Source of the DNA: Actinomycetota bacterium
GTDB lineage: Bacteria; Actinomycetota; Thermoleophilia; Gaiellales; Gaiellaceae
NCBI GenBank assembly: GCA_013813345.1
Contig: JACCRW010000066.1
Span: forward strand, 1 to 33,209
Length of the DNA: 33,209 bases
Direction of reading: 5' to 3'
A program made the position numbers and the translations under genes. The notes below the pieces were generated by a model. That model ran no database searches and was not told where the DNA came from. It worked only from the letters and a program-made list of their open reading frames with translations. Shown one piece after another: positions 8,216 through 16,135 of this stretch. How positions within the stretch are numbered: position 1 is the first letter of the stretch; every line of letters begins with the position of its first letter.

Positions 8216-9046
8216 TCAGCTCAGGATCGCGCTCAGGAAGGCCTGGGTCCGCTCGTTCTGCGGGCGTTCGATGACATCGCGCGCGCCGCCCTCCTCGACG
8301 ACGACGCCCTCGTCCATGAAGAGAACGCGGTCGCCGACCTCCCGCGCGAAGCCCATCTCGTGGGTGACGACGATCATCGTCATCCCCGACTCCGCGAGCC
8401 GCTTCATCTCCTCGAGGATCCCGCCGATCAGCTCGGGGTCGAGCGCGGAGGTCGCCTCGTCGAAGAGCATCAGCTGCGGCCGCATCGCGAGGGCTCGCGC
8501 GATCGCGACGCGCTGCTTCTGGCCGCCGGAGAGCTGACTCGGATACTGCCGCGCCTTCTCGCCCATCCCGACCCGCTCGAGCTCCTCGAGGCTCCGCTCC
8601 TTCGCCTCTCGGCGCGTCAGGCCGAGAGCCCGTGTGGGCCCGAGCGCGACGTTGTCGGCCGCCGTCATGTGCGGGAAGAGGTTGAAGTGCTGGAAGACCA
8701 TCCCGATGTGCGTCCGGTAGAAGCGGAGGTCGCGTTCGTAGCGCATTCGTTCGGCCGGCCGGCGGCGGGGCACCTCGCCCGTGAGGCAGTGACCGAGAAA
8801 GGTGACGCTGCCGGCGTCGGGCGGCGCGATGAAGTTGAGGCAGCGCAGGAGGGTGCTCTTGCCGGAGCCGCTCGGGCCGATCACGACGAGCACCTCGCCC
8901 TTCGCCACCTTCAGGTCGACGCCGCGGAGCACGTGGATCTCTCGCTCCTTCTGGCCGCGATTGAACGATTTGTGGATCCCCTCGGCGACGACGATCTCCT
9001 CGCCGAGATCGAGCTCCGCCGCCTCGTTCGCCGCCGCCTCGGTCAC
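8216..9046 (-). CDS. Polar amino-acid ABC transporter ATP-binding protein
   Basis: 276 aa from GTG 9046 (VTEAAANE...). Walker [10 protein letters not shown], signature LSGGQKQR and Walker [17 protein letters not shown] overlap with the permease stop at 9043. Confidence 0.9.
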   Translation of the reverse strand: MTEAAANEAAELDLGEEIVVAEGIHKSFNRGQKEREIHVLRGVDLKVAKGEVLVVIGPSGSGKSTLLRCLNFIAPPDAGSVTFLGHCLTGEVPRRRPAERMRYERDLRFYRTHIGMVFQHFNLFPHMTAADNVALGPTRALGLTRREAKERSLEELERVGMGEKARQYPSQLSGGQKQRVAIARALAMRPQLMLFDEATSALDPELIGGILEEMKRLAESGMTMIVVTHEMGFAREVGDRVLFMDEGVVVEEGGARDVIERPQNERTQAFLSAILS

Positions 9047-9783
9047 GTCGGGACCCGGCCGCCGAACCGGTAGCGCTGCATCCGCTCGAGCGGAGAGGGG
9101 CCGGAGCCGCCTCCCCTCACATGACGCGCGAGCCGCCGCTCGAGCAGCGCCGCGGCCGCCGAAATCGCAAGGATCAGGACTATGTAGGCGACAGCCGTCG
9201 CGGTGTAGAGCTCGAACGGCGCCCGCTCGGTGCTGACGAGCTGGATCGTCGTCCCCATCAGGTCGAGGAGGCCGATCACCGCGACGATCGACGAGTCCTT
9301 GACGATGTCGACGAGCTGGTTGACGAGGCCCGGCACCGCCACGCGGCCGGCCTGCGGGAAGGTGACGCTCGAGAACGTCCGCGTGTGGCCGAGCCCGAGC
9401 GCGAGCGCGGCCTCGCGCTGGCCGTGGTCGACCGACTGGATCGCCGCCCGGTAGATCTCCGCCATATAGGCGCTGTTCAGGAGCGTCAGAGCGACGACTC
9501 CCGCCGCGAACGTGCCGAGGTTGATCCCGAAGACCGCCGAGATCCCGAAGTAGATGAAGAGCACGTAGACGTAGAGCGAGAGCGCCCGGAAGACCTGGGT
9601 GTATGTGTACGCGAGCGCGCGAAGCGGCCTGGAGGGGGCGAGACGGCAGAGCGCGACGACGAGCCCGAGCACGAGCGAGAGGACGAAGGAAATCGCCGAG
9701 AGCTGCAGGGTCAGCTTGAGCCCGTGGGCGAGCGCTCCGGCGGACTCCGGGACGACGTGCCACTGGAACGTGTACGCGACCAT
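9043..9783 (-). CDS. Amino-acid ABC transporter permease (His/Glu/Gln/Arg/opine family)
   Basis: 246 aa from ATG 9783 ([10 protein letters not shown]...). Hydrophobic, with an EAA-like loop ([18 protein letters not shown]). ATGA overlap with the upstream permease stop. Confidence 0.88.
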   Translation of the reverse strand: MVAYTFQWHVVPESAGALAHGLKLTLQLSAISFVLSLVLGLVVALCRLAPSRPLRALAYTYTQVFRALSLYVYVLFIYFGISAVFGINLGTFAAGVVALTLLNSAYMAEIYRAAIQSVDHGQREAALALGLGHTRTFSSVTFPQAGRVAVPGLVNQLVDIVKDSSIVAVIGLLDLMGTTIQLVSTERAPFELYTATAVAYIVLILAISAAAALLERRLARHVRGGGSGPSPLERMQRYRFGGRVPT

Positions 9784-10457
9784 CACGGGAGCCGCAGCAC
9801 CCGCTCCAGCACCGTCACCCCGGCCGAGAAGACGGCGACGAGGGCCACGAGAATGACCGCAACCGCGGTGAAGGCCTCGAACGGGGTGAAGAAGTTGATG
9901 TTCAGATCGTTCGCGACGCTGACCATGTCGCTGACCGCGATGATCGAGAGCAGGGTCGCGCCCTTGAGCAGGCCGATGAAGACGTTCCCGAGCGGCGGAA
10001 TCACGATCCGCAGCGTCTGCGGGAGCAGGACGTGCCGGTAGGTCCCGGTCCGGCTCAGCCCGAGCGAGCGCGAGGCCTCGGCCTGGCCGGCGTCGAGCGC
10101 CTGAAGCCCGCCGCGGAAGATCTCGGCCGTGTAGGCCGAGCCGGTGAGTGTCAAGGCGACGATTCCCGCCTGCACGGGGCTGAAGTTGAGCCCGATCACG
10201 ATCGCGACCCCGAAGTAGACCCAGTAGAGGAAGACGAGCAGCGGCACTCCTCGCAGGATCTGCACGTAGGCGAATGCGGGCGCGCTGAGCAGCCGGACGC
10301 CCGAGAGGCGCAGCACGGCGATCCCGATCCCGAGCGCGCACGCGAGGACGAACGAGATCGCCGTCACCCAGACGTCGAGCCAGGCCCCGAGCAGGAAGAG
10401 GTCCCAGCGGTCGAGCACCGGCCCCCAGGCGAACTCGTATGCGAGCACGTTCGTCAT
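9783..10457 (-). CDS. Amino-acid ABC transporter permease (His/Glu/Gln/Arg/opine family)
   Basis: 224 aa. Multi-TM, with EAA loop [18 protein letters not shown]. Confidence 0.9.
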   Translation of the reverse strand: MTNVLAYEFAWGPVLDRWDLFLLGAWLDVWVTAISFVLACALGIGIAVLRLSGVRLLSAPAFAYVQILRGVPLLVFLYWVYFGVAIVIGLNFSPVQAGIVALTLTGSAYTAEIFRGGLQALDAGQAEASRSLGLSRTGTYRHVLLPQTLRIVIPPLGNVFIGLLKGATLLSIIAVSDMVSVANDLNINFFTPFEAFTAVAVILVALVAVFSAGVTVLERVLRLP

Positions 10458-10491
10458 CGTGGCGGCGATGCCCTCGATTCGGCGGGAGCGA

Positions 10492-11478
10492 CTACTGGCC
10501 GATCGTCTCCGCGTTCCCGTTGATCCCGACGACGGCAGTTTGGAGATCGAACTTCTCGGTATTCGGCACGACCCACTTCTCCCACAGCGCCCTGAACGTG
10601 CCGTGCGAGGCCTGGTAGCGGGCCCAGTTCGAGACCCAGAGCCAGAGCTTCGTGTCGCCCTGCGTCATGAAGTAGCTGTTCGCGTCGACGAAGAGCGGCG
10701 GCACGGGCAGCGCGGCGAGATCGTCGTTGCCGCCGAGGACGGACGACGTCGAGAACTCGCTGAAGATCGCGGCGTCGGCGCGACCGACGGCCACCTCCGT
10801 CGCGGCGTCGTTCTCGGACGCGAACTCGTTGAAGGTTGCCTTCGGGAAGAGCGCTCCCGAGCTCGCAGCCTGGGAGCTGCCCTGCAGGACCGCGAACCTC
10901 GACGTCGCAAGGTCCTCGAGCGTGCTCGCGTTCGAGTCCTTCTTGACGACGACCACGTTGGATTCGTAGAAGGCCGGGATGTCTGCGAAGTCGCCGCGGA
11001 GCGCGCGCGACGGCAGGATCGTGACCGCGATCCCGAGCATGTCGAACTTGCCGGCGGAGAGGCCCGGGAAGAGTTGGGCAAACGGCGTCTCCACATACTC
11101 GGGCGTAACTCCGAGCTCCTTCATCATCATTTCCGTGATCTCGACCTGATAGCCGGTCGGCTTCCCGCTGTCGTCCTTGAACTGGAGCGGCGGGAAGCTC
11201 AGGTCGACTCCCAGCTTCGCCGTCTTGTCGCGCGTCCACTTGTCGAGGATCGAGTCGCCCGACGAGCTGGAGCCGCCCGCGGTCGTCGCGCCTGCGGGCG
11301 CTGCTGCGTTGGGCTCGTCATCGTCGTCGCCCATACAGCCCGAGAGCCCGAGGACGCCGGCGCCGAGCAGGCCAAGGCCGCCGGCTTCGAGTAGCCGCCG
11401 CCGGCTCGTCCCACCGCGGGCCGCGGCGCTCCCCGACTCGGCCGCAGGTGTCCCGGTCTCCACGTCATGCGTGCTCAT
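10492..11478 (-). CDS. Family-3 amino-acid ABC substrate-binding lipoprotein with a Tat-type signal
   Basis: The track ORF starts at TTG 11490. ATG 11478 is preferred because it is preceded by GGAGAcaggc. Signal SRRRLLEAGG...GLSGC (twin-arginine plus lipobox), then a low-complexity linker and a periplasmic-binding fold. Confidence 0.87.
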   Translation of the reverse strand: MSTHDVETGTPAAESGSAAARGGTSRRRLLEAGGLGLLGAGVLGLSGCMGDDDDEPNAAAPAGATTAGGSSSSGDSILDKWTRDKTAKLGVDLSFPPLQFKDDSGKPTGYQVEITEMMMKELGVTPEYVETPFAQLFPGLSAGKFDMLGIAVTILPSRALRGDFADIPAFYESNVVVVKKDSNASTLEDLATSRFAVLQGSSQAASSGALFPKATFNEFASENDAATEVAVGRADAAIFSEFSTSSVLGGNDDLAALPVPPLFVDANSYFMTQGDTKLWLWVSNWARYQASHGTFRALWEKWVVPNTEKFDLQTAVVGINGNAETIGQ

Positions 11479-11511
11479 GCCTGTCTCCAATCGGAGTAGT
11501 GGCTTCCTCGA

Positions 11512-11528
11512 TGTTCACGATACGAACA
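11512..11528. promoter_or_regulatory. Palindrome TGTTC-N7-GAACA in the 5' leader of the ABC importer (possible operator)
   Basis: Plus strand reads aTGTTCacgatacGAACAgt. It is AT-rich relative to its surroundings and lies between the predicted -10 and the SD. Confidence 0.25.
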
Positions 11529-11549
11529 GTCGTGCGCTGAGGATGGTCC

Positions 11550-11578
11550 AGGCTATGCCCGCACTTCGGCCGAGTCAA
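11550..11578 (-). promoter_or_regulatory. Candidate sigma-70-type promoter (TTGACT-17 nt-TAGCCT)
   Basis: Reverse strand: TTGACT at 11578..11573, a 17-nt spacer, then TAGCCT at 11555..11550. It lies in the 95-nt gap between the DapA-family stop and the SBP start. Confidence 0.4.
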
Positions 11579-11585
11579 GCCTTCC

Positions 11586-12542
11586 TCAGGCTCGCGAGAG
11601 CGCGGGATCCGGCTCGAGCTCGTCGAGCAGGACGTCGAGCTCGGCAAGGAGCGGCGTGATCTGGCCGAGTCGCTCACGCCCCTCGGCGCCGAGCTCGGCG
11701 AACGTCGTCAGCGGCGGTCGCACGTCGCCGACCGGGTGCCCGACAGCGCCAGCGAGCGCCTTCGAGTAGCACTGGTGCCCGTAGGTCGGGTGCCCCTCGG
11801 CGATCACATGGTCGATCCGGGAGATCAGCCGCTGGATCCGCTTCGCCTCCTCGAGCCGGCCCGCGACGAGCATGTCCCAGATCCGCGCCGAGGCGCGCGG
11901 GATGTAGTTCCCGTACGGATTGACGTAGCCGACCGCGCCCAGGAGGAACGACTCGACGATGCGCTCGCCGGCGAAAACGCTCATCACTCCGTCCGTGGCC
12001 TCGACGATGTCGTAGACGCGGGCGACGTCCATGCTCGCCTCCTTGATGTAGCGGACGTTCTCGAAGGCGCGCGTGAGCCGGGCGACGAACTCGGCGGACA
12101 TGTCCACGTTGGACGTGACCGGGTTGTTGTAGAGCATGAGCGGGATCGAGACCGCCTCGGCAACGGCGCGGTAGTAGGCGAAGATCTCGGCCTCGGTCGG
12201 GGTGTAGTAGTAGGGCGGCACGATCATCAGCCCGTCCGCGCCGAGCTCCTCGGCCTCCCGGCTGTAGCGAACGGCGTTCGCCGTCGAGGCGTTCATCGTC
12301 CCGACGAGCACCGGGATCCGGCCGTCCAGATGCTTGACGGTCTCCTCGACGAGTTGCGTCCGCTCCTCATCGGTCACGGTCAGGAACTCGCCCGTCGTCC
12401 CGAGGACGATCACGCCCGGGACACCCGACTCGAGCTGCCAGTCGAGGAAGTCGCGGAGAGCATCGACGTCGAGCTGCGAGCCGTCCTCGGTGAAGGGGGT
12501 GACGAGGACCGAGTAGCTACCGCGAAACTCGCTGGGCATCAT
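11586..12542 (-). CDS. Dihydrodipicolinate synthase/N-acetylneuraminate lyase (DapA) family protein
   Basis: SD AAGGAGA at 12551..12545 is followed by ATGATG, so the start is 12542 or 12539. The track start 12611 is probably too long. TPF..., GTTGEF and Schiff-base lysine context YIKEAS are present. Confidence 0.85.
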   Translation of the reverse strand: MMPSEFRGSYSVLVTPFTEDGSQLDVDALRDFLDWQLESGVPGVIVLGTTGEFLTVTDEERTQLVEETVKHLDGRIPVLVGTMNASTANAVRYSREAEELGADGLMIVPPYYYTPTEAEIFAYYRAVAEAVSIPLMLYNNPVTSNVDMSAEFVARLTRAFENVRYIKEASMDVARVYDIVEATDGVMSVFAGERIVESFLLGAVGYVNPYGNYIPRASARIWDMLVAGRLEEAKRIQRLISRIDHVIAEGHPTYGHQCYSKALAGAVGHPVGDVRPPLTTFAELGAEGRERLGQITPLLAELDVLLDELEPDPALSRA

Positions 12543-13737
12543 GGTCTCCTTGCGCTCGGGGCCTGCACTCGACTCTAGCCGCAGCGGTAGGCGCTGCGAC
12601 ACCCTCGTCATCGGCGGCGGCCTGACCGGCTGCGCGGCGGCCTACTACCTCGCGAAGGCCGGAATCGACGTCGTTCTTGCCGAGCGGCACAGCCTGAACG
12701 CCGAGGCCTCCGGGCGGAACGCGGGCGGCTTCCACGTCCAGATCCAGTTCGAGCCCTTCGTCACGCTCGGCGAGGACTGGGCCCGGAGCTGGGCGCCGAC
12801 GATCCCGCTCCTGATCGACGCGGTCCGGCTCTGGCAGGAGCTGCCCGCCGAGCTCGGCGCCGACCTGGAGGTGAAGGTGAGCGGCGGCCTCCTCGCCGCA
12901 GAGACCGAGGAGGAGCTGGCGGCGATCGAGCGGAAGGCCGCGATCGAGCGGGAGGCCGGGCTCGAGGTCGAGCTCCTCTCGCGCGAGGAGCTGAGGCGCA
13001 CCGCGCCGTACCTCTCTCGCTCGCTCGCCGGCGGGCTCTTCTGCCCGGTCGAGGGCAAGGCGAGCCCGCTCGTCTCGACACCGGCATTCGCGCGCGCGGC
13101 GCGAGCGGAGGGCGCCGTTCTCGCGCCCGGCAGCGATGTGCTCGCGATCGAGCAGACCGCGGTCGGATTCCGGGTCGAGACCGACCGCGGCCCGATCGAG
13201 TGCGAGCGGGTGGTCGACTGCGCGGGCACCGCCGCCGGACGAGTGGCGGAGCTCGTGGGCGTACCGCTGCCCGTCGAGAGCGTCCCGCTCCAGGCGCACG
13301 TGACCGAGCCGGTCGCGCAGCTCGTCCAGCACCTCGTCTACTGCGCGGGGGAGCCGCTGACCGTGAAGCAGTCCGTCCACGGCTCGATCCTGATCGGCGG
13401 CGGCTGGTCGTCGGAGCTCGACGACGCCGGCCGCGCCGACGTGAACATGGCCTCCCTGCGGGGAAATCTCCGCGTTGCCACACGCGTGATCCCCGCTCTC
13501 GCCCACGTTCGCCTGCTCCGGATCTGGACCGGCTTCTGCAACGGCACCCCGGATCACCGCCCGATCCTCGGCGAGCTGGACGAAGTACCAGGCTTCTTCG
13601 TCGCCTCGTTTCCCTATCTCGGCTTCACGGCGGCGCCGATGATGGGGAAGCTCGTCGCCGACCTCTCGCGGGGCCGGTCGGTCCCGTACGACTTGGCCCC
13701 GTTCTCTGCGGCCCGGTTCGATCCCGCCCCCGTCTAG
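12541..13737 (+). CDS. FAD-dependent oxidoreductase (DAO / sarcosine-oxidase-beta / opine-oxidase-B type), stand-alone
   Basis: 398 aa. The dinucleotide fold DTLVIGGGLTGCAAAYYLAKAG begins about 20 aa in. Full-length collinear homology to 18354..19580. The start is ATG 12541 or TTG 12550. No SD is visible. Confidence 0.85.
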   Translation: MVSLRSGPALDSSRSGRRCDTLVIGGGLTGCAAAYYLAKAGIDVVLAERHSLNAEASGRNAGGFHVQIQFEPFVTLGEDWARSWAPTIPLLIDAVRLWQELPAELGADLEVKVSGGLLAAETEEELAAIERKAAIEREAGLEVELLSREELRRTAPYLSRSLAGGLFCPVEGKASPLVSTPAFARAARAEGAVLAPGSDVLAIEQTAVGFRVETDRGPIECERVVDCAGTAAGRVAELVGVPLPVESVPLQAHVTEPVAQLVQHLVYCAGEPLTVKQSVHGSILIGGGWSSELDDAGRADVNMASLRGNLRVATRVIPALAHVRLLRIWTGFCNGTPDHRPILGELDEVPGFFVASFPYLGFTAAPMMGKLVADLSRGRSVPYDLAPFSAARFDPAPV

Positions 13738-14105
13738 CCACAGGCGAAGCTGCGATTCAGGATCGCCGGATAGTCGACCCACGCCTCCTGGCTCGAACGC
13801 TGCTCGAGCAGGCGCTGGACTCCTCGCGCGATCAGGTCGAATTCGCCGTGGTCGATCCCGTAGACGAGGATCACGCCCGCGTGAGAGCGGGCCGCCTCGG
13901 CCCATTCGCGCAGGATTCCCGGGAAGTGAGCGATGTTGTGGGTGACGAGAATGCGTTGCTCGGCCGCACCAAGCGCGAGCACCTCGCCGTCAGGGAGACC
14001 TTCGAGCTGCCGTTCGTCGTCGAGCGCCCGAACGTCGTGCTCGTGCTCACGAAGCGCTCCACCGACTCGTCGCCCCGACACGTGGGCGTCGAGAAGCAGT
14101 CGCAC
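13734..14105 (-). CDS. DUF5615-family PIN-like putative toxin
   Basis: 123 aa from GTG 14105 (VRLLLDAHVSGRRVG...). It is the partner of the DUF433 gene. The 153-aa track version begins at a GTG inside the inserted palindromic element. Confidence 0.65.
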   Translation of the reverse strand: MRLLLDAHVSGRRVGGALREHEHDVRALDDERQLEGLPDGEVLALGAAEQRILVTHNIAHFPGILREWAEAARSHAGVILVYGIDHGEFDLIARGVQRLLEQRSSQEAWVDYPAILNRSFACG

Positions 14106-14108
14106 CGT

Positions 14109-14277
14109 TAGATGGTTGATCGGAGAATGACGGCGGCCCGGATGACGGCCACGACACGGCGCCGGATCACCACCCTCGCGAACCGCCCAGGCCACGGGCC
14201 TGAACGGCCCGCGAGTGCGGCGCCCGGCTTGGTCGTGACCGCCCCCGGCTGCGCGTCATTCTCCGATCAACCATCTA
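14109..14277. mobile_element. 169-bp MITE-like palindromic element (24-bp perfect terminal inverted repeats, TA at both ends)
   Basis: 14109..14132 tagatggttgatcggagaatgacg is the exact reverse complement of 14254..14277 cgtcattctccgatcaaccatcta. Further imperfect nested inverted repeats lie inside (cggccacgac/gtcgtgaccg, ctcgcg/cgcgag, caggcc-acg-ggcctg). It has no coding capacity. Confidence 0.5.
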
Positions 14278-14703
14278 TTCGGCGACGCGGATGAACGGAT
14301 AGAGCTCGCGGAGCTCGTCGAGCGGGCGGTGCTGCTCCTCTAGGATCGCCTCGATCTCCTCCGGGAAGCGGTCGGCGTACGCGTGCGCGAGCTGCAGGTG
14401 ACGTTCGGTCACGAGCGGATGGCTCGCCCGAAGCGAGTCCTCGTCTCCGTCGTAGGATCGAAGCAGGTCGACGATCTCCCAGACATCGAGGCCGCTTCCG
14501 ATCGCCCACGCGCGACGCGGAGCATCCCGGAACGCGATCCCGGGAAACAAGCGCGTCTTCGCCGCCTCTTCGGCGAGCTCCTCGACGACCACGCTCCGCG
14601 AGCGTCCGGACCGGCGTCCCTCCTCCCGAACGAGCAGGTCGGCCTGCTCACCGAGCCGGATCGAGAACGGCTGAGTTCTTGCGGGCCGTGCTCTACTACG
14701 CAT
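14275..14703 (-). CDS. DUF433-domain putative antitoxin with an N-terminal RHH-like segment
   Basis: 142 aa. FSIRLGEQADLLVREEGRRSGRSRSVVVEELAEE resembles a ribbon-helix-helix, followed by a DUF433-like core (PGIAFRD...RAWAIGSGLDVWEIV). The TAG stop is formed by the end of the element. Confidence 0.72.
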   Translation of the reverse strand: MRSRARPARTQPFSIRLGEQADLLVREEGRRSGRSRSVVVEELAEEAAKTRLFPGIAFRDAPRRAWAIGSGLDVWEIVDLLRSYDGDEDSLRASHPLVTERHLQLAHAYADRFPEEIEAILEEQHRPLDELRELYPFIRVAE

Positions 14704-14704
14704 G

Positions 14705-14717
14705 GCTACACTGTAGC
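14705..14717. promoter_or_regulatory. 13-nt palindrome GCTACAcTGTAGC immediately upstream of the antitoxin ATG
   Basis: It fills the 16-nt gap between the ALDH stop (14720) and the antitoxin ATG (14703). Confidence 0.3.
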
Positions 14718-14719
14718 GA

Positions 14720-16135
14720 TCAGGTGTCGTGGAAGACGATCGTCTTCAGCTCGGTCATCTCCTCGACTGCGTAGCGCGGGCCTTCCTTGCCGATTCCGCT
14801 GCCCTTGAGACCGCCGTAGGGCATCAGGTCGGCGCGCCAGAGCGGTGACGAGTTGATCTGGATCGAGCCGCTGTCGACCTCGCGAGCGAAGCGGAGCGCG
14901 TGCTCGATGCTCGAGGTGAAGAGGCCGGCGCCGAGGCCGTAGTCGCTGTCGTTCGCGAGAGCGATGGCCTCATCGATCCCGCTCACGGGCGTCAGCGCGA
15001 CCGCGGGGCCGAAGAGCTCGCCGCGCGAGAGCTCCATCGCCGGATCGACGTCGCCGACGACCGCCGCCGAGACCACGGCGCCCTCGCGCTCGCCGCCGGC
15101 CAGAAGCGTGGCGCCGCCGTCGACCGCGGCGCGGATCGTCCGCTCGACCCGTTCGGCCTCGGCCTCCGAGATCACGGGCCCGAGCCCCGTCGCGTCGTCG
15201 AGTGGGTGCCCGGTGCGCAAGCCCTCGACGAGCGGCGTCAGCACGTCCACAAAATCCGCGTAGACCTCCCGCGCCACGAGTACGCGCTGCACCGAGATAC
15301 AGACCTGGCCCGCGTTGACGTAGCCGCCCGTCAACGTCGCGGCCGCAACCTGCTCGAGGTCGGCATCCGGGAGCACGATCAGCGGACAGTTCGAGCCGAG
15401 CTCGAGCGAGAGCCGCTTGACGCCGGCGACGCGCGTGATCTGCTCGCCCACCCCGGTCGAGCCCGTGAAGCTGATCTTGCGGACCCGCGGATCGGCGCAG
15501 AGGACGTCGCCGAGCTCGGCGCCGGGTCCGGTGAGGCACTGGAGCGCGTTCTCCGGCAGCCCCGCCTCGAGCAGCGTGCGGGTGAGGAAGAGCGCCGTCA
15601 GCGGGGTCTGGCGGGCGGGCTTCAGCACCACGGCGTTCCCCGCCGCGAGGGCCGGGCCGACCTTGTGCACGACGAGCAGCGCCGGATAGTTGAAGGGCGT
15701 GATCGCGACGACGGTCCCGCATGGCTGGCGCAGGGTGAAGGCGAGCTTGCCGGCGCCGTTCGCCGACGCGTCGACCGGCACCGTCTCGCCGTGCAGTCGC
15801 GCGCCCTCCGTACCGGAGAGCCGGAGCAGGTCGGCGATCCGGCCGGCTTCCCCTCGCGCCTCAGCGAGGGGCTTTCCGACCTCGAGCGCGATCGTCCGTG
15901 CCAGCTCCTCGACGGAGCCCTCGACGAGCCCGGCTGCGCGACGGAGGATCTCGTTCCGCTCCCAGGCAGACAAGCCGCGCATCGCCGCCGCGCCGTCTAC
16001 AGCGGCAGCGATCGCCGCCTGCGCATCGGCGGCGCTAGCGACCGGGACGGTGCCGACGACCTCGCCGTCGAACGGGTTCCGGACCTCCTCCTCGCGCTCG
16101 GCGCCGCGCCACTCGCCGGCGACGTACATCTGCAT
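14720..16135 (-). CDS. NAD(P)-dependent aldehyde dehydrogenase
   Basis: 471 aa. Motifs ITPFNYP, FTGSTGVG, ELGSNCP and the catalytic Cys in NAGQVCISVQR. ATGA overlap with the 2Fe-2S gene stop at 16135. Confidence 0.92.
   Translation of the reverse strand: MQMYVAGEWRGAEREEEVRNPFDGEVVGTVPVASAADAQAAIAAAVDGAAAMRGLSAWERNEILRRAAGLVEGSVEELARTIALEVGKPLAEARGEAGRIADLLRLSGTEGARLHGETVPVDASANGAGKLAFTLRQPCGTVVAITPFNYPALLVVHKVGPALAAGNAVVLKPARQTPLTALFLTRTLLEAGLPENALQCLTGPGAELGDVLCADPRVRKISFTGSTGVGEQITRVAGVKRLSLELGSNCPLIVLPDADLEQVAAATLTGGYVNAGQVCISVQRVLVAREVYADFVDVLTPLVEGLRTGHPLDDATGLGPVISEAEAERVERTIRAAVDGGATLLAGGEREGAVVSAAVVGDVDPAMELSRGELFGPAVALTPVSGIDEAIALANDSDYGLGAGLFTSSIEHALRFAREVDSGSIQINSSPLWRADLMPYGGLKGSGIGKEGPRYAVEEMTELKTIVFHDT

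Noticed and set aside
13734-13737. CTAG shared as the stop codon by two convergent genes (TAG on both strands)
   Set aside because: It is real in the sequence, but it is a trivial consequence of a palindromic tetranucleotide. No terminator hairpin is visible, and there is no functional claim to make.
12517-13905. 462-aa minus-strand ORF opposite the FAD oxidase. The same applies to the shadow ORFs 8069..9073 +, 5510..7024 +, 14900..16276 +, 16551..17519 +, 18366..19586 +, 27471..28631 - and 32198..33085 -.
   Set aside because: All are antisense or out of frame relative to genes with strong motif support. All have Arg/Asp/Glu/Gly-rich, motif-free translations.
14112-14294. 60-aa + ORF inside the palindromic element
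   Set aside because: It lies entirely within the hairpin-forming repeat and has no SD. It is Arg/Thr/Ala-rich. Its existence is a by-product of the palindrome.
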